NCBI GenBank assembly: GCA_046262675.1
Contig: JBHEMH010000007.1
Span: forward strand, 1 to 57,811
Reading direction: 5' to 3'
DNA length: 57,811 nt
Source of the DNA: Vulcanimicrobiaceae bacterium
GTDB lineage: Bacteria > Vulcanimicrobiota > Vulcanimicrobiia > Vulcanimicrobiales > Vulcanimicrobiaceae
Under the pieces are notes generated by a model. That model saw only the letters and a program-made list of their open reading frames with translations, ran no database searches and had not been told where the DNA came from. Position numbers and translations under genes: made by a program. Below, in pieces: positions 8,240-17,786 of the stretch. How positions within the stretch are numbered: the first letter of the stretch is position 1; each line of letters starts with the position of its first letter.

Positions 8240-9653
8240 CCGTCCACACATTGTAGCGCGTCAGAAAATCGCGCGCTGCCTTTTCATGGTCGACGACCGG
8301 ATCCGGATACGTGTTTGGGCCAAAGAGCGGTAACTCGAGCGCTGTGCGGGTCCCGCGCGGTTGCACAACGTTAAACCGGTCGGCGAGCTCGGGTATGTAG
8401 CGACGCACATAGGTTCCCTGTGCATCGAAACGACGCGCCTGCTTTATGGGATTATAAATGCGCGGATACGCGGCGAGATCAGCGCCGACGCCGGCAATCC
8501 ATTGCCAGTTTCCGTTTGAAAGTGCGGGATCGTCTTCGATGAAATGACGATCCCACTCCGCGAGGCCGACCTTCCAATCGACGCCCAAATCGAAACATAA
8601 GAACGACGCCGCAATGGACCGCACGCGCGGATGCATCCACCCAGTCGCACGAAGCTGGCGAATGCCTGCATCGACAATCGGGTAGCCGGTGCGTCCGGCC
8701 TTCCACGCATCGAGCGCGGGGTGCGTCTTCGCAAAGGGAAACGCGCGCATTTTTTCCTGAAGCGGTTCTTGCGCCGTTTGGGGATTGAACCACATGAGCT
8801 GCAGAAAAAAGTCCCGCTGCGCGAGCCCCCTCAAATATCTTTTCAGTGAAGCCTTCTCTTCGGTGAGTAAAAATGGGTCGTCGAGACGCCGCTTGGTTTC
8901 ACGCACGACGGTACGGGCGGCAATCGTTCCAACGGAAAGATGAGCCGAGAGGTGCGAGGTGCGATCGTCCGCGGGAACGTTGGCCGCGACGGAATATTGC
9001 AGCGCGTCCACTGCAAGAAATTGCGCCAACTGATCTGCGGCGCTCCGCGGTGTTGCTCCAAGTTCCATCCGCGAGGACCCGAACTCCTCAGGCGCCGGTA
9101 GCGCTTGGTTTTGCGGGGCGAGCGAATCCAGAGGCGCAAACCGCATAAAGAGCGGCGCTTCAAAACTGCCGACTTCCAAAGCGCGCCATTTCTCCACGTA
9201 AGGAACGAGCGCCCGGTATCCCTCACCCGCCGATGATTTTTCCATTGCCGTTTCCTCCGGCGGAATCGCGGGCGAATCGTGCACGATGAGGGCTCGCAGC
9301 CCACGTTCTTCTAAGCGCGACTGCAGGTCGCGCTCCACTTCCATCGCGCGGGCATCATAGGAGGCGCCCCAAACCACTGCAGACGCGCCGGTATCTTTTG
9401 CGAGCGTAAGCAACGTTGCAATGAGTGGACCGTGGCGCACAAGAAGTTGCGTTCCGCGGGCGCGCAGCGCTTGATCGAGTGCTGCAACCGCTTCGCAATA
9501 GAAAGCTGCGCGCCGCGGGGAGCGTGAAATGTGTTCGCGCAGCGCCTCGTCGAGGACCAATACGGGCAGAATTTCACCGTGTTCGGCCGCGGCTGCCAAA
9601 CCCGCGTGGTCGTCGAGACGGAGATCGCGGGAAAATCGATACAGCACACGCAC
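8199..9653 (-). CDS. phr: Deoxyribodipyrimidine (CPD) photolyase, class I / cryptochrome family
   Basis: 484 aa. TGYPIVDAGIRQLRATGWMHPRVRSIAASFL and WQWIAGVGADLAAYPRIYNPIKQARRFD motifs. Convergent 41-nt overlap with the previous gene. Confidence 0.9.
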   Translation of the reverse strand: MRVLYRFSRDLRLDDHAGLAAAAEHGEILPVLVLDEALREHISRSPRRAAFYCEAVAALDQALRARGTQLLVRHGPLIATLLTLAKDTGASAVVWGASYDARAMEVERDLQSRLEERGLRALIVHDSPAIPPEETAMEKSSAGEGYRALVPYVEKWRALEVGSFEAPLFMRFAPLDSLAPQNQALPAPEEFGSSRMELGATPRSAADQLAQFLAVDALQYSVAANVPADDRTSHLSAHLSVGTIAARTVVRETKRRLDDPFLLTEEKASLKRYLRGLAQRDFFLQLMWFNPQTAQEPLQEKMRAFPFAKTHPALDAWKAGRTGYPIVDAGIRQLRATGWMHPRVRSIAASFLCFDLGVDWKVGLAEWDRHFIEDDPALSNGNWQWIAGVGADLAAYPRIYNPIKQARRFDAQGTYVRRYIPELADRFNVVQPRGTRTALELPLFGPNTYPDPVVDHEKAARDFLTRYNVWTATDRGASVRQSSR

Positions 9654-9711
9654 TGCCTACAGAATTCGGAATAAGCAGTGATGAACTCCCGCCCCGTCGT
9701 ACTCTCCAGCC

Positions 9712-10206
9712 GTGGCTGGACGAAAAATTTTTATTCGATACGGGCAGGACGCGGATGCGGCTCGCCTGATTTCCGAAGGGCTCGTCGGTGGAAAACCGCC
9801 GCCGAACGAAACTTGGGAGAAACGCATCGGCACCTGGTTCTCAGAACAGAAGGCCGGGCGGCGGCTCATCCTCGTCGCCGAAGACGGCAGCGGAATCCTA
9901 GGACTAGTCCAGATCGTCTTTTCTTTTCCGGTCGGGTACAACGATCCGGAAGCCGCAAACGGCCGCGATATTGCAATGATGGAAGGCCTGCGCATCAAGC
10001 CCGGCGCTCCCGCGGAAGTTGGCAACGAACTCGTGCACGAAGTGCAAGGTATCGCGCGCAAGAAAAACGTCAAGACATTGACGTTTTGCCTACCGATGAA
10101 TCAAAACAAAGCGCTCGCGCAGGCAAAACGCTGGGGCTTCGAAGAGTTCCGGATCATGGCGGAAAAGACCAAGATGCTCTGCTTCTTCCGCAAAAACGTC
10201 GACTAA
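9712..10206 (+). CDS. GNAT family N-acetyltransferase
   Basis: 164 aa, GTG start. Acetyl-CoA-binding motif region (...VQGIARKKNVKTLTFC...AKRWGFEEF). Confidence 0.65.
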   Translation: MAGRKIFIRYGQDADAARLISEGLVGGKPPPNETWEKRIGTWFSEQKAGRRLILVAEDGSGILGLVQIVFSFPVGYNDPEAANGRDIAMMEGLRIKPGAPAEVGNELVHEVQGIARKKNVKTLTFCLPMNQNKALAQAKRWGFEEFRIMAEKTKMLCFFRKNVD

Positions 10207-10218
10207 GACAAACGTTCT

Positions 10219-11226
10219 TTAGTACTGCGAGTTCGGCGGCCGGAAGGTGAACGCGTCGCGAAACACCCCGGGTACGGCTTTTCCATTGAGTGTCTTGGGC
10301 TTGTACTTCACGGACATTGCGGCATTGCATACGGTTTCATCGAGCACGACATAGCCGGCCGGCTTGGTAATAATGCACTTGGTCGCATTGCCCTGCTCGT
10401 CGATGAGCACCTCAAAGGCAGTCGTGCCCTCCGCGCCTTCTTGCACTGCAATCGCGGGAGGCTGCGGGTTGATTGCCGTCTCGCCCGCCTCCGGAACGGC
10501 TTCCCGCGTGCTGTAGCTCACCGCAATCGTCAACGATTCCGCACGCGCACTTCCAGCGGTTGTGGTTGGGCCGGTATACGCAGGCGCGCGTTTCCTAAGC
10601 GCGCTCTCCCACGGCGGAACATTGGCCGGACTCGCATTGTACGTCGAGGGCGCCTGCGCTTGGGGAGCCGCATCGTGTGCAACGGCCGGGGCAGCCATTG
10701 CAACTTCGTGGTGCGTCAGCATTGGTTTTGCCTTCGTAATACCAGCAGGCGCGGCCATATGCACGATGTTGTGTTCCACCACCGTCGTACGGGGCGGGGC
10801 GGGCACTGGAGTTTTTTCATCGCGCACCGAGCGTCGCTCAAGTACGACCTTGTTGCCTTCGTAGCTGATAACGAGTGGATCGGCGAAGGGCCGTGCAAAA
10901 GTCGATCCGACGACAAAGTGTCCGATCAGTGAGATGCACAGGCACATCCCGAGAATTCCTAAGCCGTAACGAGCAACGCGCCGCGGGGTAAGGTTAACAC
11001 GATCCAGGAGTGGGCCGCGTACGTCGGGCTCCCAGATTTCGCTTGCGTGCGCTTCTTGAACGACGCTATTTAAGCGTTCGAGTTCGTGCTCGCCACCAAG
11101 GGATTGCAAACACTTCGCACAGCCGGCAAGATGCCTGCGATATTCGAGAAGTTCTTCATCCGTGGCTTCGCCGAGTGTGATGGCTCCGGCCAGCACCTCT
11201 GCACGGTCGTGCGGGGAAAGTCTCAC
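10219..11226 (-). CDS. Anti-sigma factor (zf-HC2/ZAS motif), single TM, periplasmic TonB C-terminal domain
   Basis: H-x3-C-x2-C motif (RRHLAGCAKCL). TM helix (YGLGILGMCLCISLIGHFVV). C-terminal 80 aa resemble TonB_C (...EGTTAFEVLIDEQGNATKCIITKPAGYVVLDETVCNAAMSVKYKPKTLNGKAVPGVF). Start set to GTG 11226, which overlaps the sigma-factor stop as GTGA. The longest ORF reaches 11271. Confidence 0.7.
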   Translation of the reverse strand: MRLSPHDRAEVLAGAITLGEATDEELLEYRRHLAGCAKCLQSLGGEHELERLNSVVQEAHASEIWEPDVRGPLLDRVNLTPRRVARYGLGILGMCLCISLIGHFVVGSTFARPFADPLVISYEGNKVVLERRSVRDEKTPVPAPPRTTVVEHNIVHMAAPAGITKAKPMLTHHEVAMAAPAVAHDAAPQAQAPSTYNASPANVPPWESALRKRAPAYTGPTTTAGSARAESLTIAVSYSTREAVPEAGETAINPQPPAIAVQEGAEGTTAFEVLIDEQGNATKCIITKPAGYVVLDETVCNAAMSVKYKPKTLNGKAVPGVFRDAFTFRPPNSQY

Positions 11227-11744
11227 ACACGCTCCGTCATAACCGTTCGCAGCGTGCGCATCGCCCGGCACACCCGCTGACGAACGGCGTCGGCGCTAGT
11301 TCCAAGTATCGATGCAGCTTCTTGCGACGAATAGCCCGCGTAACTGGTTAACATGATGGCCGCGGCCTGGTCGCCCGGTAATTTTTGCATGGCATTCTGA
11401 AGATCGATCGAGGCCGAGCTGCGCTCATCAATGCGCAAACCGCGAACTTCCCAGTCCCGGTCCAGCGGCGTAAAGCGAACGATTTTCTTTCTCCTTAAAA
11501 ACGAGATCGCGTTGTTGGTGGCGGTTTTGTACAACCAGCCGGCAGTCAGTGGGCGCTCCGGATCGGACTGCAAGGTCCGGTACGCAGCGAAGAACACGTC
11601 CTGTGCGATGTCGAGCGCAACATCGGGGTCACCAACCATGCGGCGCACGTACCGAGAGAGCTTCGTCTGGTGCTCCCGGACGAGGCTTTCTATGCGGGCG
11701 TGGGCCACCGGCGCTTCGGTGGCGTTGAGGTAGACCTGCTCCAT
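11223..11744 (-). CDS. ECF-type RNA polymerase sigma-70 family factor
   Basis: 173 aa. Region 2 (DIAQDVFFAAYR...WLYKTATNNAISFLRR) and region 4 HTH (SYAGYSSQEAASILGTSADAVRQRVCRAMRTL). Confidence 0.85.
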   Translation of the reverse strand: MEQVYLNATEAPVAHARIESLVREHQTKLSRYVRRMVGDPDVALDIAQDVFFAAYRTLQSDPERPLTAGWLYKTATNNAISFLRRKKIVRFTPLDRDWEVRGLRIDERSSASIDLQNAMQKLPGDQAAAIMLTSYAGYSSQEAASILGTSADAVRQRVCRAMRTLRTVMTERV

Positions 11745-11829
11745 CTTGGGGCCCCCCTTTGTCAGCTAACGCTAACCTTCGCCGCTTCGTGACTGCCGTC
11801 TTTTACGAGGGGGCGGCCCTCGGAGGGCG

Positions 11830-12846
11830 CTATCCGCCGATTTCGGAGAATGCGCGCATGCGGCTGGAGCTCTCGCCCAATTTGAGATGGTGCCGCTCGG
11901 GCTTAATGGCCATCGAGCCTTGTAAGAGTGCTACAAGGTCTTCTTCGCTCGCGCCCGCTCGCAACGGACGGCGCAAGTCCACATGCTGATCGCCGAAAAG
12001 GCACAGACGCAAGCGCCCGTCGGCGGTGAGTCGAACGCGATTGCAACGATCGCAATAGTCGTGCGATAGGGGGCTGATCACGCCGATTGCACCGGAGGCT
12101 CCATCGAATGCGAAATACCTCGCCGGACCGTTGCCACCCGGACCGGACACAGCACGGAGCTTCCCTGCAGTTGCCGCTAATTCCAAAATCTCATCGGACG
12201 ATATGTAGCCCGCCGCCTGCATCTGCAAGTTTTCGGTAACAGGCATCACTTCGATGAAGCGTAGGAATACGGGTCGATGGATGGTCAGCCGCGCAAGGTC
12301 CGCAACCTCGTCTTCATTGTGGCCACGGATCACAACGCAATTTATTTTCAGCGGCACAAGACCGGCTGCAACGGTAGCGTCGATGCCCGCGAGCACGCGG
12401 TCGAGTCCGGGCCGGCGTGCGATCTCTAAAAAGCGGTCTTCGCGCAAGGTGTCAAGTGAGATATTGACGCGCGTTAGGCCCGCATCGCGCAAGCCTTCGA
12501 TTTGATCGGCGAGCAATAATCCGTTCGTCGAGAGCGCGATATCGTCTATTCCGGGAGTGGCAGCGATCGCTTGGACGAGCTTCCACAGATCGCGCCGTAC
12601 GAGCGGCTCGCCGCCCGTGAGTCGAATGCTGCGCACTCCCACTCGAGCCGCGGCACGCACGATTTGCACGATCTCCTCATAGGAAAGCACGTCGCTCTTG
12701 ACCAGCCACGGCAAGCCTTCGGAAGGCATGCAATACACGCACCGCAGGTTGCATTTATCCGTGACGGAGATGCGCAGGTACGTGATCGGGCGGTTGAACT
12801 GATCGGCCAGCGGCGGCGCAATCAGGTCGATGAGCTCGAGGGCCAT
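11830..12846 (-). CDS. moaA: GTP 3',8-cyclase MoaA (molybdenum cofactor biosynthesis, radical SAM)
   Basis: 338 aa. CNLRCVYCMP radical-SAM cluster motif. C-terminal second Fe-S cluster CDRCNRVRLTADGRLRLC. Confidence 0.9.
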   Translation of the reverse strand: MALELIDLIAPPLADQFNRPITYLRISVTDKCNLRCVYCMPSEGLPWLVKSDVLSYEEIVQIVRAAARVGVRSIRLTGGEPLVRRDLWKLVQAIAATPGIDDIALSTNGLLLADQIEGLRDAGLTRVNISLDTLREDRFLEIARRPGLDRVLAGIDATVAAGLVPLKINCVVIRGHNEDEVADLARLTIHRPVFLRFIEVMPVTENLQMQAAGYISSDEILELAATAGKLRAVSGPGGNGPARYFAFDGASGAIGVISPLSHDYCDRCNRVRLTADGRLRLCLFGDQHVDLRRPLRAGASEEDLVALLQGSMAIKPERHHLKLGESSSRMRAFSEIGG

Positions 12847-12873
12847 TGCGGGCTCCTTCGACCTGGAGCCGGT

Positions 12874-13509
12874 TTAGTTCTGCCTGAAGACGGAGTCCGG
12901 AATCGGCGGATTGATCTTAAAATTTGAGAATGACGAGGTGACGTCGGCCTTGTAGTTGGGAAACTCCACATGGCCGGTCTGCGAATTAGCGATGTAATTC
13001 CCTCTGACTTGCGTGAAGGTCTGGTTGAGGGTCGCGAAGCCCCCATCGTTGTAGTTCCACGTCATTTGCGGGATGGTCGCAGTCTTGTCGTCGACTTTCA
13101 CGGTGATGTGGTCGATGCGTCCGCGAACGCGCGGGACCAGCTTGAACGTCGTTCGCGATCCGTCGTCACCTTGATTCGTTACAACGAAGACCGACTTCCA
13201 GCGCGACGGGCTCTCGACGTGCGGATAGATTTTATTGAATTGTGCGGCAATTGCCGGAACCGTATTAAATGCAATTTTATCTTTGCTCGGCTCTTTGTGG
13301 TAGTACATCCCGTCGAGGCTGGGGCTGATGTACGGGAAGGTATGCAGGGCAATATCGACATGGATGGCCGCTTGATAGGAGCGCAAATGCGGGTTGAGCC
13401 CCGACATTCGCGCAAGCATGTCGCCGCTCGCCCAAACGGGCTGGCGCGCGCCGCAGAAGGCCTCGCCGAGCAGTAGAAAAAGAATGGCGCAGAATCGCAG
13501 TTGTTTCAT
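12874..13509 (-). CDS. Hypothetical secreted protein (signal peptide MKQLRFCAILFLLLGEAFCGA)
   Basis: Start moved to the internal ATG at 13509, which gives a canonical signal peptide and abuts the queG stop. No recognisable domain. Confidence 0.5.
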   Translation of the reverse strand: MKQLRFCAILFLLLGEAFCGARQPVWASGDMLARMSGLNPHLRSYQAAIHVDIALHTFPYISPSLDGMYYHKEPSKDKIAFNTVPAIAAQFNKIYPHVESPSRWKSVFVVTNQGDDGSRTTFKLVPRVRGRIDHITVKVDDKTATIPQMTWNYNDGGFATLNQTFTQVRGNYIANSQTGHVEFPNYKADVTSSFSNFKINPPIPDSVFRQN

Positions 13510-13510
13510 A

Positions 13511-14635
13511 CTATGAGTTAAAACGCCCCGCCGTACCGAAGGGTTCCAGACTAGAGTCGATCTCCAAGCGCACGGCATGATTTTCTTCACGTTCCAAGCG
13601 TGTCCGAAGCGCCGCGAGGGCGGCAGGCGAGGCGATACGCCCGAGCGCCCAAGCTACGTGCTCGCGCACCATCGGGTGCGGATCGTGCGACAGGGCATCC
13701 GAGAGGGCGGGAACGGCCGAGCGGTCGAGCGCATTTCCGAGCGCAACCGCCGCGTTGCGTCGCAGCACGGCCGCACCGCGCCAGCCGACCGCGGAGTTGC
13801 GGTACAACCGTTTGAACTCGCTGCTGCGCAGCCGCAAGAGCTTTTGCAGCGAGGGCGCCGCAAGCTCCGGCACCGCATCGTTTGCACGATCAGCATGCGG
13901 TCGCGCCTGCATCGTCGGCGGACACACCAACTGGCAGATATCACAGCCCCACACCCAGTCACCGATCTGCGCACGCATCTCGCGCGGAATGGAGTCCGTT
14001 CGCTGCGTTAAATCGGCGATACAGCGTGTCGCATCGATGGTGTAGTCGCCGCGTAACGCGCCGGTTGGACAAGCCTGAACGCAGCGCACGCAAGAGCCGC
14101 ACGTCTTCTTCAGAGGTGCATCTTCTCCAAAGTCGACGCTTGTAAGAATCTCGCCGAGAAAAATAAACGAGCCGAGTTCGGGATGAATCAGATTGGTGTG
14201 TTTTCCGATCCAGCCTAAACCGGCACGGGCGGCGAAGGCGCGTTCGGCAAGTGGCGCCGTGTCGCAGACAATTGCAACGTCGCCTGGGACGCTCCGCGCA
14301 AGCTCGCTGAGTAACGCGCGCATACGGCGGTGGTAGTCGGTTGACCACGCATAATTTGAGACGCGCCCCGTGAGCGGAGGGCGTGCGGGAGCGTCCGTTG
14401 CGTACGGAACGGCGATGCAAATAACGGTGCGCGCTGCCGGCAACAGTGCTTGGGGCGAAGACGCGGTGCGTGCATAGCGCTCGTCATAGCTCCACGTGGC
14501 CAGGTCTCCGCGTTCGAAAGATTTGGCGAGCCGTTCGTGCGTCGGCTCGTCGGTGCCCGCGCGCGTGAAACGCACGGCGATTGCGCCCAGTTCGTGCGCG
14601 CGCCGCACGAGTTCAGAGCGTAGCGAGTCGTCCAT
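13511..14635 (-). CDS. queG: Epoxyqueuosine reductase QueG (tRNA queuosine biosynthesis)
   Basis: Two 4Fe-4S ferredoxin motifs (CGSCVRCVQACP, CDICQLVCPP). C-terminal HEAT-like repeats (PMVREHVAWALGRI). Start set at Met 14635 (MDDSLRSELVRRAHELG). The upstream extension is Arg-rich and unlikely. Confidence 0.8.
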   Translation of the reverse strand: MDDSLRSELVRRAHELGAIAVRFTRAGTDEPTHERLAKSFERGDLATWSYDERYARTASSPQALLPAARTVICIAVPYATDAPARPPLTGRVSNYAWSTDYHRRMRALLSELARSVPGDVAIVCDTAPLAERAFAARAGLGWIGKHTNLIHPELGSFIFLGEILTSVDFGEDAPLKKTCGSCVRCVQACPTGALRGDYTIDATRCIADLTQRTDSIPREMRAQIGDWVWGCDICQLVCPPTMQARPHADRANDAVPELAAPSLQKLLRLRSSEFKRLYRNSAVGWRGAAVLRRNAAVALGNALDRSAVPALSDALSHDPHPMVREHVAWALGRIASPAALAALRTRLEREENHAVRLEIDSSLEPFGTAGRFNS

Positions 14636-15461
14636 CACTTCGCGCCGGAAAGGCGTCATCGATCTGCACGATCTCTTCAGGGGAGAGCTCGAAGCCGGTA
14701 GCCGCGGCATTCTCCTCCGTATGCTTGAGCGTCGACGCTTTTGGAATTGTGAAGACGTCTTCATCGCGGGTCAAAAAGCGCAGCACGATCTGACGCACCG
14801 TCTTTTTATACTTTGCGGCGATCTCATGAAGTACTTCACCACCGCGCATGTCCGCCGCGAACTTCCCACGGCCGAATGGCGTGTAGGCAACGATTGCGAT
14901 CTGTTCCTGCTTGCAATACGGCAAGAGCCGCGTCTCGATTCCACGTTCCTTGAGATGGTACAGCACTTGGTTGCATGCCAAACGCTCGCGCCGCAATGCA
15001 GCCTGCGCGTCCTTGAGCTCTTGCACATCAAAGTTGCTCACGCCGATGAAGCGCGTCTTGCCGTCCGCGACCAATTGCTCGAGCGCGCTCATGGTTTGCT
15101 CAATCGGAAAAGAGCTCGGCCAATGCAGCAGGTACAGATCGAGATACGAGGCCCGAAGTCGCTTTAAGGAGCGCTCGCAAGCCGCAATCGTTCCCTTGAA
15201 GGACGCATTACTCGGAAGAACTTTGCTCGTAAGAAAAAGCTGCTCTCGCGGAAATCCGCGAATGGCTTGCGCAAGGATTTCCTCTGCGCGGCCGCCGCCG
15301 TACATCTCCGCCGTATCCACATGGGTCATACCAAGTTCCAGACCACGGCGCATTGCCCGAACCGCTTCTTCTAGTCTCGCGCCGTGCTCGGGAACATCCC
15401 ACGTGCCCTGGCCAATGACCGGAAGCGCAGCCTTCGTCCAGGCGAAAGGGCGGGTTTGCAT
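14613..15461 (-). CDS. Aldo/keto reductase family oxidoreductase
   Basis: AKR motifs (GQGTWDV, HVDTAEMYGGGRAEEIL, ...YLDLYLLHWP). Start set to Met 15461, 4 nt after the rfbC stop. Confidence 0.8.
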   Translation of the reverse strand: MQTRPFAWTKAALPVIGQGTWDVPEHGARLEEAVRAMRRGLELGMTHVDTAEMYGGGRAEEILAQAIRGFPREQLFLTSKVLPSNASFKGTIAACERSLKRLRASYLDLYLLHWPSSFPIEQTMSALEQLVADGKTRFIGVSNFDVQELKDAQAALRRERLACNQVLYHLKERGIETRLLPYCKQEQIAIVAYTPFGRGKFAADMRGGEVLHEIAAKYKKTVRQIVLRFLTRDEDVFTIPKASTLKHTEENAAATGFELSPEEIVQIDDAFPARSDGRLATL

Positions 15462-15465
15462 GAGG

Positions 15466-15975
15466 CTAGAGCGCGGCATCTTTAGAGGAGAGAACCGGCT
15501 GCTCACCGCCAAGGGGCCATTCGATGTTGACTGAAGGATCGCGCCAGCTAATCGCACGTTCTTGCGACGGATCGTAGAGCGCGGTTTGCTTGTACAGTAC
15601 GATCGCCTTGTCGCTGAGCGTCAAAAAACCGTGCGCAACGCCGGGCGGAACGTACACCTGATAATGATTTTCGGCCGTCAGCTCAAAACCGTCCCACTGC
15701 TTGTAGGTCGCAGATCCTTCGCGCATATCGACAACGACATCGTAGACTCGCCCGAAAAGGGCTTGCACAAGCTTTCCCATACGCACGTCGTAATGCATGC
15801 CACGCAAAACGTTACGCGACGAGAGCGATACATTGTCTTGCAGAAAGGGACCACGAATGCCGTTCTGCGCGTAGCGCGATTCGTGAAACGCTTCCTTAAA
15901 AAAGCCGCGCTCGTCCTTGAAAACGTCGGGCGCAACGAGCTTGACATCCGCGATGCTGGTTTCGAGCACTTTCAT
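15466..15975 (-). CDS. dTDP-4-dehydrorhamnose 3,5-epimerase-like cupin (RfbC family), orphan
   Basis: MKVLETSIADVKLVAPDVFKDERGFFKEAFHE...GMHYD...YVPPGVAHGF. Start at the internal ATG 15975. No rfbA/B/D nearby. Confidence 0.75.
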   Translation of the reverse strand: MKVLETSIADVKLVAPDVFKDERGFFKEAFHESRYAQNGIRGPFLQDNVSLSSRNVLRGMHYDVRMGKLVQALFGRVYDVVVDMREGSATYKQWDGFELTAENHYQVYVPPGVAHGFLTLSDKAIVLYKQTALYDPSQERAISWRDPSVNIEWPLGGEQPVLSSKDAAL

Positions 15976-15995
15976 AGAGGGAGTCTGGCGTTCTT

Positions 15996-17108
15996 TTAAA
16001 AGAGCGAGAACTCCCCGTCGCGCGCCGCATACGCTAGCAGCCCGCCTCGCAAATGTGAAAGCTTGCCGAATCCCGCATCGCGCAAGCGCCCGAGTGCCCA
16101 CCGCGAGCGAGCGCCGACCCGGCATGCAAGGACGTATGCTTGCGCCGTGTCGAGCTCATGCATGCGTGCTTCGAGTTCCGAGGCTGGGATGTGAACGGCT
16201 CCTTGAACGACACCTAAAACCGCTTCGTGCGGTTCGCGAACGTCCAGCAAAACGGCGCTCCGCAGACATGCGTCGAGCTCGTCACCTTCAATTTCTTTCA
16301 TTTCGCCGAACGCCGGCTCCGCGAGCTCGATTTCGATCGCATCTCTTATGGTTGCGGCCGGACTACAGAGTCTGCATGCGGGGTCGCGGTCAAAAGCAAT
16401 CTCGCGCGTGCGGCCTTGCAATGCGTCGATCAAGGCAAGCCGTCCGGCGAGCGGTGCGCCGATGTGCAGAATGAGCTTGAGTGTTTCGTTTGCTTGCAGC
16501 GTGCCGACCATGCCCGCAAGAACGCCGAGCACACCTCCCTCCGCACACGTGGGCACCGTATGCGCGAGCGGCGGCTCGGGAAAAAGGCACCGGTAACACG
16601 GGGCGCCCGCGATCCCGAAGACGCTCACCTGGCCATCGAAGCGGAAAATGGATCCGTAGACGTCGGGCTTGCCTTCGAGAAAACATGCGTCGTTAATCAG
16701 ATATCTCGATTCGAACCGGTCTGTGCAATCAACGATCACATCGTACAACCGCACAAGCTCGCGCGCGTTCGTGGCATCGAACCGCAGCGCAATGGGGTCG
16801 ACTGCGACTTGTGGATTCATCGCATGCAGACGTTCGGCGGCAACCTCGACTTTGTGGCGCCCGATGTCCGCCGTCGTAAAGAGCGTTTGGCGCTGGAGAT
16901 TTGTGAGATCGACTTCGTCGTCATCCATGATGCCGAGACGTCCGACCCCCGCGGCCACGAGATAGGAAAGCACAGGCGACCCGAGACCGCCGGCACCGAT
17001 GCACAACACCCGCGCGGCCGCAAGTTTTTCTTGTCCCGGTAGGCCGACCTCGGGAATAAGCAGATGCCGGCTATAGCGCCTTAGCGCGGATGCAGGACGC
17101 TCAGCCAT
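15996..17108 (-). CDS. moeB: Molybdopterin-synthase adenylyltransferase MoeB/MoeZ (E1-like ThiF domain + C-terminal rhodanese)
   Basis: 370 aa. YSRHLLIPEVGLPGQEKL...GAGGLGSP nucleotide-binding motif and CxxC pair. C-terminal rhodanese with active-site CRVGARS. Confidence 0.85.
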   Translation of the reverse strand: MAERPASALRRYSRHLLIPEVGLPGQEKLAAARVLCIGAGGLGSPVLSYLVAAGVGRLGIMDDDEVDLTNLQRQTLFTTADIGRHKVEVAAERLHAMNPQVAVDPIALRFDATNARELVRLYDVIVDCTDRFESRYLINDACFLEGKPDVYGSIFRFDGQVSVFGIAGAPCYRCLFPEPPLAHTVPTCAEGGVLGVLAGMVGTLQANETLKLILHIGAPLAGRLALIDALQGRTREIAFDRDPACRLCSPAATIRDAIEIELAEPAFGEMKEIEGDELDACLRSAVLLDVREPHEAVLGVVQGAVHIPASELEARMHELDTAQAYVLACRVGARSRWALGRLRDAGFGKLSHLRGGLLAYAARDGEFSLF

Positions 17109-17749
17109 GCCAATACCTCGCTACGCGCGTTATCCGCTGCCGTCGTGTGATCGCTTTGGATCGTTGCGAATGTTTTGGGTTCCGGCGCGCGATCGAATAA
17201 ATCGCGCACGCTCTTTTGGTTGACCATCATGTCGCGCTCCGCTGCGATATAGAGCGCCGGGCGTCCGGCGAGCAGCGGTAAGGCGGCATCCAATGCGGCA
17301 TCCGCGTTCGCAACCAAGTCGGGCAGCGCAAGTCCATCGACATAGGAAGAGCGGAAATCGTTTTTAGACATGCCCGCGAGGGCAGCCAGGGCGCTCGGCC
17401 GCCCGTAGCCCGTTGCAATCGCAATCGTTCCACGCACCTTGCGGTCGGCCGCGGCTGTTCGAAGCGCCGTCATCGCGCCCATGCTGTGTCCCATCGTATA
17501 GATCGTATCGTTCGTGTGCTCTCGAGCGTGCTCCACCACCGCGCCCATCGCCTCAACGAGCTGCGCATCCGAGGTAAGCCTTCCGCCGCTCGCACCAAGT
17601 TTGTGGCCCGGAAAATCCAGACTGTAGAGATCGAACCCATGGCCCGCAAGAAATCCACACAGAAAATCTAGATTCTGTTTGGAGCTCGAGTAGCCGTGGC
17701 CGGCTACGATGGTCACGCTGCGAGGGCGGCGCGCTTCGTACCGGAGCAC
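17081..17749 (-). CDS. Alpha/beta hydrolase fold protein (GHSMG nucleophile elbow)
   Basis: Core HGYSSS...GHSMGAMTAL. Start assigned to the first in-frame canonical start (GTG 17749) after the moaE stop. The longest ORF (to 17953) would overlap moaE by 167 nt. Confidence 0.6.
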   Translation of the reverse strand: MLRYEARRPRSVTIVAGHGYSSSKQNLDFLCGFLAGHGFDLYSLDFPGHKLGASGGRLTSDAQLVEAMGAVVEHAREHTNDTIYTMGHSMGAMTALRTAAADRKVRGTIAIATGYGRPSALAALAGMSKNDFRSSYVDGLALPDLVANADAALDAALPLLAGRPALYIAAERDMMVNQKSVRDLFDRAPEPKTFATIQSDHTTAADNARSEVLAWLSVLHPR

Positions 17750-17786
17750 GGCAAGTTGCGTGCCCGCGCCGGCAAGGCGCAGCAGC

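Noticed and set aside
9678-10250. 190-aa plus ORF overlapping the GNAT gene in another frame
   Set aside because: Arg-rich junk-like sequence. The GNAT frame has recognisable acetyltransferase motifs.
11745-11829. Searched the sigE-moaA gap for an autoregulated ECF promoter (GGAAC...CGTT type) or a Moco riboswitch
   Set aside because: No convincing -35 GGAAC-like element. The gap is too short and lacks the conserved Moco riboswitch architecture. Only imperfect GC hairpins are seen.
16227-17042. 271-aa plus ORF antisense to moeB
   Set aside because: Antisense to a gene with clear ThiF and rhodanese motifs. No motifs of its own.
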